Below, piece by piece: positions 53,419 through 61,534 of a stretch of 64,000 nucleotides of DNA. The DNA comes from an uncultured Robinsoniella sp. (GTDB lineage Bacteria > Bacillota > Clostridia > Lachnospirales > Lachnospiraceae). The position numbers and the translations under genes are program-made. Positions within the stretch are counted from its first letter, which is position 1, and the number at the start of each line of letters is the position of its first letter. The stretch lies in NCBI GenBank assembly GCA_965150505.1, contig CBCTVZ010000001.1, positions 3,488 to 67,487 on the forward strand, written 5' to 3'. The notes below the pieces were generated by a model. The model had not been told where the DNA came from, did not search any database, and was given only the letters and a program-made list of their open reading frames with translations.

Positions 53419-54740
53419 TATTCTTTCGTATAACGTTCCAGTTTCGCGTTAATCCTTTCTACAGATTTATCCATTTGTGTCTGGGTATCTTTTCCCCCCA
53501 AAGCAACACTTTCAAGAAGCTGTTGGAAAGAGGTACTTACCTGTGGATAAACAGGTGTCTTTGGTCTTGGATGACCATATTTACTCAGCTGCTCATAAAG
53601 AGCATTATAATTTTCATCTGTCTTAAAAATTTCAATCTGCTCAAACGCTTCATATGTGGATGGAAGTGATTTTGCAGTTTCCCACATATCTACGCCGCTT
53701 TCCACACCGCTCATCCACTTGACAAGCTCTGTCGCTCCTTCAATGTTTTCTGTCGCTGCAGATGCCGCAAATGCCCAAGAACCTGTCGGTGTATATCTCT
53801 CGCCGTTCCATTCATCTCCCACAACATAAGGAGCAACTCCAAAGTTCAGATCTGGATAACTTTCATATAAAGTATTGACTTCCCATGCGCCATCAAACTT
53901 AAAAGCGGCTCTTCCACTTTCAAATAAAAATTCAATCGGCGCTTCTGACATATATCTTTTTTCTACAATCTGACGGAAATAATTCATCGTCTCCATATTT
54001 TCTTCAGAATTAAAATATCCTTCTACGGTAAGACCATCTTCACTGACAAGATTTCCTCCATTTGACCAGATAAACGGCGCATAGTAATAAATACTCGTCT
54101 CGCCTACCGGAAATGTCATATCAAGCGGATATCCTTTTTTCTCATCCATGATTGGTTTTAATGTTTCCAGAATCTCCATAAATTCTGTTCTTGTCCAAGG
54201 ATGATCTGCGTCTGGAACTTCAATGCCAGCCTCTTTTAAAATATCTTTATTATAGTAAAGACCAACGCTCGATTCCATAACGCCCAAAGCATACAATTTG
54301 TCATCATACGTTCCCTGATCCAGAATCGATTCCAGATATCTTCCTCTTTCTTCTTCTGTCAAAGGCGCTAATGGCTGGATGATATGATTTTTCGCATAGG
54401 CAGCCACATTTGGGCCATCCAGCGTCAGCACATCTGGCAGATCTCCAGAAAGCACGGAAGAATTAATCTTATCTGAGTAACCTCCGCCGCTGTCATTTCT
54501 AGGAATAAATTCAATATCTGCAAAATATGTTCCATTATATTTTTCATTGAAACTTTCTACAGATTGTCTGTATACTTGTCCCTCCGGCGTATCTTCAATG
54601 CTATGAACCCAGATAGACAGATACTCTTCTCCTTCTTCATATCCCTTTACCTCTCCTGGCTGAACTTCCTTTTTTTGACATCCTGTCAAACTTCCAACCG
54701 CAATCAGACCAAGCAGAAGCAGATACTTCGTTTTCCTCAT
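53418..54740 (-). CDS. Extracellular sugar-binding lipoprotein of the ABC importer
   Basis: Lipobox LTGC at aa 18-21, ~440 aa, and family-1 SBP-like composition. It is the first gene of the operon. Confidence 0.85.
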   Translation of the reverse strand: MRKTKYLLLLGLIAVGSLTGCQKKEVQPGEVKGYEEGEEYLSIWVHSIEDTPEGQVYRQSVESFNEKYNGTYFADIEFIPRNDSGGGYSDKINSSVLSGDLPDVLTLDGPNVAAYAKNHIIQPLAPLTEEERGRYLESILDQGTYDDKLYALGVMESSVGLYYNKDILKEAGIEVPDADHPWTRTEFMEILETLKPIMDEKKGYPLDMTFPVGETSIYYYAPFIWSNGGNLVSEDGLTVEGYFNSEENMETMNYFRQIVEKRYMSEAPIEFLFESGRAAFKFDGAWEVNTLYESYPDLNFGVAPYVVGDEWNGERYTPTGSWAFAASAATENIEGATELVKWMSGVESGVDMWETAKSLPSTYEAFEQIEIFKTDENYNALYEQLSKYGHPRPKTPVYPQVSTSFQQLLESVALGGKDTQTQMDKSVERINAKLERYTKE

Positions 54741-54785
54741 ATTCTCCTCCTTTTTCTTTCCTTTCCTCGTATATTCGTCTTTTTA

Positions 54786-54812
54786 ATAACCGGTAAAGTA
54801 ACCGGTTACTTT
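54786..54812. promoter_or_regulatory. CCGG-centred operator candidates, including a perfect 18-bp palindrome, downstream of the ABC operon -10
   Basis: AAAGTAACCGGTTACTTT (54795-54812) is a perfect palindrome. The adjacent ATAACCGGTAAA (54786-54797) is a related site. Both resemble LacI-family operators, which have a central CG. Confidence 0.55.
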
Positions 54813-54820
54813 GTAATTTC

Positions 54821-54849
54821 ATAGTAACAGAAATTATAGGATTCGTCAA
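54821..54849 (-). promoter_or_regulatory. Candidate promoter of the sugar ABC/GH32 operon
   Basis: On the minus strand: TTGACG (54849-54844), a 17-nt spacer, then TACTAT (54826-54821). The palindrome starts ~9 nt downstream. Confidence 0.5.
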
Positions 54850-54922
54850 GAAATATTGTGCCTGATTTTCTTTTTTCAGAATGATTCACAATTTTTATTT
54901 TATTTTTTTATTACATTATAAC

Positions 54923-54958
54923 AAAACCGGTTACTTAACCAATTCTTTTACCGGTTAT
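54923..54958. promoter_or_regulatory. Two further ACCGGTTA-containing sites just upstream of the lacI-family gene promoter
   Basis: The sites are AAAACCGGTTAC (54923-54934) and TTTACCGGTTAT (54947-54958). The second is the reverse complement of 54786-54797. Confidence 0.4.
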
Positions 54959-54960
54959 CC

Positions 54961-54989
54961 TTGTAGCGCTTTTCCTTTTTTGCTATACT
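54961..54989 (+). promoter_or_regulatory. Candidate promoter of the LacI-family regulator gene
   Basis: TTGTAG (54961-54966), a 17-nt spacer, then TGCTATACT (extended -10; -10 at 54984-54989). The RBS AAGGAGG precedes the ATG at 55029. Confidence 0.5.
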
Positions 54990-55028
54990 GTTTTATATAT
55001 AAGAACGTTTTTTAAGGAGGACTTTCAT

Positions 55029-56066
55029 ATGGGCAAGAAGAATGTGACTTTCAGTGATATCGCCGAATATACTCATTTTTCAAAGACGACCATTTCACGA
55101 TATTTTAACAATCCAGACTCTCTGACGCTGGAAAACCAGCAGATTATCGCTAAGGCGCTAGAAGAACTGAACTATAAAGAAAATAAAGTGGCCAAAATTT
55201 TAGCCAATGGAAAAACGGAATTTATCGGCATCATTATCCCCAATTTATATATGCACTACTATTCCGCTATTCTTGACGAGATTCTTTCCACTTATGAAAA
55301 ATATGGGTACAAATTTCTTGTGTTTACAGGAAATGACAAAGAAGAAACAGAGCGAAAATATATTCAAGAACTGCTCGCCTATAAGATTGAAGGAATGATC
55401 GTTTTAAGCCACACGCTTTCTTCAAAAGAGCTGGCTTCCTATAATATTCCGATTGTGGCAATCGAGCGTGAAGACAAACATATCTGCAGTGTAAATACCG
55501 ATAACTATATGGGCGGCGTTCAAGCGACAAGTCTCCTTGCCAAATCCGGCGCAGAAATCTTCATTCACATCAATGCCGATATTTCTCCTGATATTCCTTC
55601 CTATGGGCGAATCAAAGGGTTTCAGGATACCTGTATAGGGCAAAATCTCCCTTATGAATTGATTCTCACTGACACCGGACATACATATGAAGAAAGCATC
55701 AAAATTTTTTACCGCCTCTTAGATGAGATTGATCAAAAATATCAAAATATCGTCAAAGGACTGTTTCTTCCGAATGATACGTTTGCCAATATCATTCTAA
55801 ATCGACTGTTCCAGCGATACGGCCGATTGCCAGACGATTATAAAATCGTAGGTTTTGATGATTCTCCTATTTCTCGTGAATCGTTCATTCCTACAAGCAC
55901 AGTCGGACAGCAGATTGATAAGATTGCCGATACGGCGCTGCAAATTTTATCAGAGCGAATCAAAGAAAATCATAAGCGAAAACCTCGTACTTTTACAGAA
56001 CCAATCCATAAAGTCCTCACACCGATTCTTTTAAATCGTGAGACAACAAAACCATTCAAAAAATAA
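55029..56066 (+). CDS. LacI/GalR-family transcriptional regulator
   Basis: N-terminal HTH VTFSDIAEYTHFSKTTISRYFNNPDSL and a periplasmic-binding-protein-like core (GIIIPNL..., VGFDD). Confidence 0.92.
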   Translation: MGKKNVTFSDIAEYTHFSKTTISRYFNNPDSLTLENQQIIAKALEELNYKENKVAKILANGKTEFIGIIIPNLYMHYYSAILDEILSTYEKYGYKFLVFTGNDKEETERKYIQELLAYKIEGMIVLSHTLSSKELASYNIPIVAIEREDKHICSVNTDNYMGGVQATSLLAKSGAEIFIHINADISPDIPSYGRIKGFQDTCIGQNLPYELILTDTGHTYEESIKIFYRLLDEIDQKYQNIVKGLFLPNDTFANIILNRLFQRYGRLPDDYKIVGFDDSPISRESFIPTSTVGQQIDKIADTALQILSERIKENHKRKPRTFTEPIHKVLTPILLNRETTKPFKK

Positions 56067-56073
56067 TGGACAT

Positions 56074-56150
56074 AAAAAAGGTACAGAACAATGAAGCGAT
56101 CTCAAAAAGTCAAATTTGAGAAAATCTTTCACGCTCTGTACCTTTTTTCT
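56074..56150. terminator. Bidirectional terminator between the convergent lacI-family gene and uvrB
   Basis: AAAAAAGGTACAGA (56074-56087) pairs with TCTGTACCTTTTTT (56135-56148). An inner hairpin is TCTCAAA/TTTGAGA. Confidence 0.5.
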
Positions 56151-56224
56151 TTTTTATATCCTTTTTCTTTTTCGTCTTCTCTTTTTATTTTATACGGCTT
56201 TCTTTCTCATTCATCTAACCCACT

Positions 56225-58213
56225 TTATTTTGTCCCTTTGATTTCCTGAAGCTGCTGCTTTAATTGGATCATCTGATCACGCAGTTCTACTGCTGCCTCA
56301 AAGTTTAAATCTGCCGCCGCTTTTCTCATCTTTTTCTCTGTTTCCTGTATCCATTTTTCTAATTCTTTTTCACTCATAGATTCTGGATCTTTCTGTGTTT
56401 CTACTACATCTGCTTTTTTCGTAATACGGATCAGATCCCGCACTGCTTTTTTAATCGTCTGCGGTGTGATATGGTGCGCCTCATTGTACGCTTCCTGAAC
56501 AGCGCGCCTTCGATTTGTCTCGTCGATTGCCATTTTCATCGAATCCGTCATCGTATCCGCATACATGATTACTCGACCCTCTGCATTTCTTGCCGCACGT
56601 CCGATTGTCTGAATTAGCGAAGTCTCCGATCTCAAAAATCCTTCCTTATCTGCATCTAAAATCGCTACAAGGGAGATTTCTGGAATATCGAGTCCTTCTC
56701 TTAGCAAGTTGATTCCTACCAGTACATCAAAAATATTCATTCTCATATCTCGGATAATCTCTGTTCGCTCTAAGGTATCAATATCAGAATGAAGATAGCG
56801 TACACGGATTCCTATTTCCTTCATATATTCCGTCAGATCTTCTGCCATTCTCTTTGTCAGTGTAGTAATCAAAACTTTATTTCCTTTTTCCGTCTCTGTT
56901 CGGATTTCTCCGATCAAGTCATCAATCTGACCGTGTACGGGACGTACTTCTACTTTTGGATCAAGAAGCCCTGTCGGACGGATAATCTGCTCTGCCCGAA
57001 GCATCTCATGTTCCGCTTCATACGGTCCTGGAGTCGCTGAAACAAATAAAATCTGGTCAATCTTGCTTTCAAATTCTTCAAAGTTAAGCGGACGGTTATC
57101 TTTTGCAGAAGGAAGCCGAAAACCATAATCCACCAATGTCGTCTTTCTCGATTGATCCCCTGCATACATTCCTCGAATCTGCGGAATCGTCTTATGGGAC
57201 TCATCAATCATAATCAAAAAATCATCTGGGAAGTAATCGATCAGCGTATGCGGCGCTGCTCCCGCTTCCAATCCTGATAAATGTCTGGAATAATTTTCAA
57301 TTCCAGAGCAAAAACCAGTCTCTTTAAGCATCTCAATGTCAAATTGTGTCCGTTCTGAAATTCTCTGCGCCTCAAGCAAGCGATCATTTCTTTTAAAATA
57401 AGAGACTCTTTCTTTTAATTCTTCCTCAATATGACCTGCCGCTTCTAAAATTTTTTCCATTGGAACAACGTAGTGAGAAGCTGGAAAGATGGCAACATGC
57501 TCCAATATGGCTTTTACTTCGCCTGTCAGCACATCTATCTCACTGATTCGGTCAATCTCATCGCCAAAAAACTCTACACGAACTGCGCATTCTGAGGCAT
57601 CCGCCGGAAAAATCTCCAGTACATCGCCTCGAACCCGAAACGTTCCTCGTTTAAAATCCATCTCATTTCTCTCATACTGAATATCAATCAATTTTCGGAT
57701 CACTTCATCCCTGTCTTTTATCATGGCAGGACGAAGCGAAATGACCATCTCCTTGTAGTCAATCGGACTGCCCAGCCCATAGATGCAGGAGACACTTGAA
57801 ATCACAATCACATCTTTTCGTTCTGCCAAAGCGCTCGTTGCAGACAGACGCAGTTTGTCGATCTCCTCATTGATTGCAGAATCCTTCTCAATATAAGTGT
57901 CAGAAGATGGAACGTATGCCTCAGGCTGATAATAATCATAGTAGGATACGAAATATTCCACCGCATTCTCTGGAAAGAACTCCTTAAACTCGCCATAAAG
58001 CTGTGCTGCCAAAGTTTTATTATGAGCGATAATCAGCGTTGGCTTATTTATTTTTGCAATGACATTTGCCATCGTAAATGTTTTTCCTGATCCGGTCACT
58101 CCAAGTAAAGTCTGGCATTGATTTCCTTCCTGAAAACCTTTTACCAGCTGCTCTATTGCCTGTGGCTGATCGCCTGTGGGCTTAAATTCAGATTGTAAAA
58201 CAAATTTATCAAT
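56225..58213 (-). CDS. uvrB: Excinuclease ABC subunit B; extended 38 codons upstream of the ORF-track start to an ATT codon
   Basis: The ORF track starts inside the Walker A motif (GV)TGSGKTF. The in-frame upstream sequence encodes [38 protein letters not shown], the conserved UvrB N-terminus. The only plausible initiator is ATT 58213-58211, 6 nt after GGAGG. An in-frame TGA lies at 58231-58229. Confidence 0.85.
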   Translation of the reverse strand: MDKFVLQSEFKPTGDQPQAIEQLVKGFQEGNQCQTLLGVTGSGKTFTMANVIAKINKPTLIIAHNKTLAAQLYGEFKEFFPENAVEYFVSYYDYYQPEAYVPSSDTYIEKDSAINEEIDKLRLSATSALAERKDVIVISSVSCIYGLGSPIDYKEMVISLRPAMIKDRDEVIRKLIDIQYERNEMDFKRGTFRVRGDVLEIFPADASECAVRVEFFGDEIDRISEIDVLTGEVKAILEHVAIFPASHYVVPMEKILEAAGHIEEELKERVSYFKRNDRLLEAQRISERTQFDIEMLKETGFCSGIENYSRHLSGLEAGAAPHTLIDYFPDDFLIMIDESHKTIPQIRGMYAGDQSRKTTLVDYGFRLPSAKDNRPLNFEEFESKIDQILFVSATPGPYEAEHEMLRAEQIIRPTGLLDPKVEVRPVHGQIDDLIGEIRTETEKGNKVLITTLTKRMAEDLTEYMKEIGIRVRYLHSDIDTLERTEIIRDMRMNIFDVLVGINLLREGLDIPEISLVAILDADKEGFLRSETSLIQTIGRAARNAEGRVIMYADTMTDSMKMAIDETNRRRAVQEAYNEAHHITPQTIKKAVRDLIRITKKADVVETQKDPESMSEKELEKWIQETEKKMRKAAADLNFEAAVELRDQMIQLKQQLQEIKGTK

Positions 58214-58247
58214 AAAAAACCTCCTTTTTCAGAGAAAAATCTATAAA

Positions 58248-58285
58248 AGATGGTGCACCCTCATATGGATGAGGCTGCACCATCT
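58248..58285 (-). terminator. Strong hairpin between crh-like and uvrB; terminator or attenuator
   Basis: A 17-bp stem with one C-C mismatch, AGATGGTGCACCCTCAT / ATGAGGCTGCACCATCT, and a 4-nt loop. On the minus strand it is followed by TTTTATAGATTTTTC. Confidence 0.5.
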
Positions 58286-58328
58286 CTCTCAACACACTGT
58301 CTTATGCTCTATAGATAAAGCTGATCTC

Positions 58329-58583
58329 TTATTTACTGCTCAGGTATTTTTCTATATTCAAAATGGCTTCTTCTTCATCTCCACCATTTGCTGTGACGGT
58401 TACATTTTCACCAGCTACAAGGCCCAATGTCATCATTCCCATGATACTTTTTGCGTTTACTTTCTTTTCTCCGCTTTCCACATAGATCTCACTCTCATAC
58501 TGGCTTGCCACCTGTACCAGAAGCGCCACAGGTCTGGCCTCTAAGCCGCTTGGAATTTGGATCGTAATTGGTTTTCTAATCAT
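58329..58583 (-). CDS. crh: Crh-like HPr paralog (His15 replaced, Ser46 retained)
   Basis: IPSGLEARPVALLV has Glu where HPr has His15, and VNAKSIMGMMTLG retains the Ser46 context. It lies directly downstream of whiA, as crh does in the B. subtilis yvc operon. Confidence 0.65.
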   Translation of the reverse strand: MIRKPITIQIPSGLEARPVALLVQVASQYESEIYVESGEKKVNAKSIMGMMTLGLVAGENVTVTANGGDEEEAILNIEKYLSSK

Positions 58584-59544
58584 AATGTTCTCCTCCTTGT
58601 TTTTCTTTCAACTTCTCTGCTAAGTCGCTCAGTTTTCTCAGTCTGTGATTCACTCCGGACTTCCCAACTTGAGGCGTTAAAAGCATCCCCAATTCTTTTA
58701 ATGTTGCCTCAGGATTTTCCAACCTGACTCTTGCCACCTCAGCAAGTCCATCTGGCAAATCATCCAGTCTCATAAAAGACTGAATGTATTTGATGTCCTC
58801 TGCCTGCTTTACAGCAGCATTGACTGTTTTATTAATATTTGCCGTCTCACAGTTTACTGTCCGATTCACTTTGTTTCTCATTTCTTTCAGAATTCTAACA
58901 TTTTCCAGATCCATGAGACTGATCGGCGCTTCCATTACATTTAATATATCTACAATCTGAGATCCTTCTTTGACATAGACAACAAAATATCTCTTCCTTG
59001 TCACAATCTTAGCCTCGATCTCAAACGTTTTCAATATAGCCTGTATCTGGGTTGCTTTATCTAATGATGCACATGCAATCTCAAAATGATAAAATTTATT
59101 TGGATCACTGATTGAACCTGCTGCCAGAAAAGCTCCTCTGATAAATGCTCTCTTACAACATGATCTTTGAATAATCACATTGTTGCTGATGGATAAATTT
59201 TCTGAAATCTCCATATTGGCATCTAACAGTTTTGCCGCTTTTAAAATCATAATGGTATCCTTATGATTTTTTACGCATACAGTAACCATTCTGTTCTTCT
59301 TCAAATTGGAATTTCGTCTGATAGAAATTTCTGTATCTATATTAAAGGTTTTTCTCAATAATGTAAAGTACTTTCTTGCGACAGGAACATTTTCTGTCTC
59401 AATATTTAAGCTGTATTTCTCTTTCTCCGAAATTTTTATTCCTCCGCACATACTTATGATTGCCGCGATCTCCGCGATCTGACAATGTCTTGCTTTACTG
59501 AATTGTCTGGACAATTCTTCCTTTACCTGACTGGAAAACGACAT
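58576..59544 (-). CDS. whiA: DNA-binding cell-division/sporulation regulator WhiA
   Basis: The N-terminus SFSSQVKEELS, LAGLIDADG-like repeats, and a C-terminal HTH (LKELGMLLTPQVGKSGVNHRLRKL). Confidence 0.9.
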   Translation of the reverse strand: MSFSSQVKEELSRQFSKARHCQIAEIAAIISMCGGIKISEKEKYSLNIETENVPVARKYFTLLRKTFNIDTEISIRRNSNLKKNRMVTVCVKNHKDTIMILKAAKLLDANMEISENLSISNNVIIQRSCCKRAFIRGAFLAAGSISDPNKFYHFEIACASLDKATQIQAILKTFEIEAKIVTRKRYFVVYVKEGSQIVDILNVMEAPISLMDLENVRILKEMRNKVNRTVNCETANINKTVNAAVKQAEDIKYIQSFMRLDDLPDGLAEVARVRLENPEATLKELGMLLTPQVGKSGVNHRLRKLSDLAEKLKEKQGGEHYD

Positions 59545-59554
59545 CTTCCACCTC

Positions 59555-60412
59555 TCATCTCATGATATCCCTATGCTCTATTCGCAGTCCATATTCTGTC
59601 TGATTTTTAAACGATTCATACAGTTGATTTGACAGCGTGACCGACCGATGTTTTCCTCCTGTGCATCCGATTGCAATGACAAGCTGATTCTTGCCCTCCA
59701 AAACATAATTTGGAATCAAAAATTCCAAAAGATCTTTTAATTTTTGCAAAAAGATATGGGAGACATCAAATCCCATCACATATTCCTGTACTTCGCTGTC
59801 ATTTCCTGTCTTTGTTTTCAATTCATCAATATAATATGGATTTGGCAAAAAGCGTACATCAAAGACAAGATCTGCATCAGATGGTATACCATATTTAAAG
59901 CCAAAAGACAACACAGTAATCATCAAATTTTTAAATTCTCTGTTATCCACAAAAATTTTTTCCAGTTCCTGATGCAGCTCTCTCGTCAGCATCTGACTCG
60001 TATCGATAATATAGTCCGCGCTTCTTTTTAAATATTCCAGACGCATTCTCTCTTCTTCAATTCCCTGCGCTATTCTTCCCATTCCAGCTAATGGGTGAGA
60101 GCGTCGTGTTTCCTTATATCGTTTAATTAACGTTGCATTTGAAGCATCCAAAAATAAAATTTCATACTGGATTCCTAATACCGGCAGTTTTTCCAATTCG
60201 CCCTCCAGCTCATCAAATGAATGACCGCTTCGTATATCCACACCCAGCGCAAATTTACGATCTTCTTTCTCTTGCCTTTTTGCAAGCTCTGCAAATTTAT
60301 TCAACAGAGGAATTGGCAGATTATCCACACAAAAATATCCAAAGTCCTCCAGCATCTTCAGCGCTGAACTCTTTCCCGCACCAGACATTCCCGTTACTAC
60401 TACAAATCTCAT
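59555..60412 (-). CDS. rapZ: RapZ/YvcJ P-loop nucleotide-binding RNase-adapter-like protein
   Basis: MRFVVVTGMSGAGKSSALKMLEDFGYFCVDNLP, FDVRFLPNPYY and IGCTGGKHRSV. Confidence 0.92.
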   Translation of the reverse strand: MRFVVVTGMSGAGKSSALKMLEDFGYFCVDNLPIPLLNKFAELAKRQEKEDRKFALGVDIRSGHSFDELEGELEKLPVLGIQYEILFLDASNATLIKRYKETRRSHPLAGMGRIAQGIEEERMRLEYLKRSADYIIDTSQMLTRELHQELEKIFVDNREFKNLMITVLSFGFKYGIPSDADLVFDVRFLPNPYYIDELKTKTGNDSEVQEYVMGFDVSHIFLQKLKDLLEFLIPNYVLEGKNQLVIAIGCTGGKHRSVTLSNQLYESFKNQTEYGLRIEHRDIMR

Positions 60413-60415
60413 TTT

Positions 60416-61357
60416 TTACTCCGCCTCTGTCTCTTTTTTCTTCTCAAATTCTCCGATTCGTTTTACTTCCGGCTCTAACAAAACGCCAAATTTTTCTTTT
60501 ACAATACGCTGTACTTCTGCGATTAAATCCAGCACATCTTTTGCGGAAGCTCCGCCTTTGTTGATAACAAATCCGCAATGTTTTTCAGAAACCTGCGCTC
60601 CTCCTACGGAAAATCCTCTCAATCCTGCATCCATAATCAACTTCCCTGCAAAATGACCTTCTGGACGTTTAAAGGTACTTCCGGCGCTTGGACAATCTAA
60701 CGGCTGCTTGGAAACTCTGCGATTTTTTAAATCCTCCATCTTTTCGCTGATTTCTTTTTGTTCTCCCTTTTCAAGCGCAATCCACGCCTCTAAAACAACG
60801 TAATCTTTTTCTCCGATAATACTTTTTCGATATCCTAACTGTAATTCTTCGTTTGAAAGGTAAAAAATATTTCCTTCCTGATCTAACACCGTAGCTCCTT
60901 TTAAGACATCCTTCATCTCTCCGCCGTATGCTCCCGCATTCATCATAACAGCGCCGCCGATTGTCCCTGGAATTCCTCCGGCAAACTCAAATCCTGTGAG
61001 TTCATGATCTTTTGCAAAACTTGCCACTTTGGACAGTAATGCGCCTGCCTGAGCATGAACCACATCGGACTCCTCCAAAATAATCTCATTAAAATTTTTA
61101 AAAATCTGAATCACAACACCGCGAAAGCCGCCATCTCCTACAAGAAGGTTGCTTCCATTTCCCAGAATATAATATGGAATATTTTCATCTCTGCAAAGTT
61201 CCACAAGCTGTCTTACTTCATCGACGGTATGTGGCATCACAAAATAATCGGCCGGACCGCCGATGCGAAATGTAGTATGGTCTTTCATAGGCTCTTCTGT
61301 CTTTACATATTCTTCTTTTACAATTCCACATAACTTCTTCCAAAAATCTTGATTCAT
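60416..61357 (-). CDS. murB: UDP-N-acetylenolpyruvoylglucosamine reductase
   Basis: HTTFRIGGPADYF, LGNGSNLLV, GIPGTIGGAVMMNAGAYG and PSAGSTFKRP. The likely start is ATG 61357, after GGAGGG. Confidence 0.93.
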   Translation of the reverse strand: MNQDFWKKLCGIVKEEYVKTEEPMKDHTTFRIGGPADYFVMPHTVDEVRQLVELCRDENIPYYILGNGSNLLVGDGGFRGVVIQIFKNFNEIILEESDVVHAQAGALLSKVASFAKDHELTGFEFAGGIPGTIGGAVMMNAGAYGGEMKDVLKGATVLDQEGNIFYLSNEELQLGYRKSIIGEKDYVVLEAWIALEKGEQKEISEKMEDLKNRRVSKQPLDCPSAGSTFKRPEGHFAGKLIMDAGLRGFSVGGAQVSEKHCGFVINKGGASAKDVLDLIAEVQRIVKEKFGVLLEPEVKRIGEFEKKKETEAE

Positions 61358-61534
61358 AAGCCCTCCTAATGATAAAGGTGCCACTGAGTCTGCATTTTAA
61401 AAATATCTTCCATTTTCAAGTTATTCTTAAATATACAGTATCCCTCTCTCAATGCGGCACCATTTGTTTTGCTGTTTCTTTTTGGTTTTTTCTTCTAATT
61501 TAAGTATAACAGAGATTTTTCTTTTTGCCCAGTC

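Noticed and set aside
46081-56091. The two GTACAGAACAA 11-mers are exactly 10,000 nt apart.
   Set aside because: The round number has no biological meaning. Only the sequence similarity of the two border hairpins is reported.
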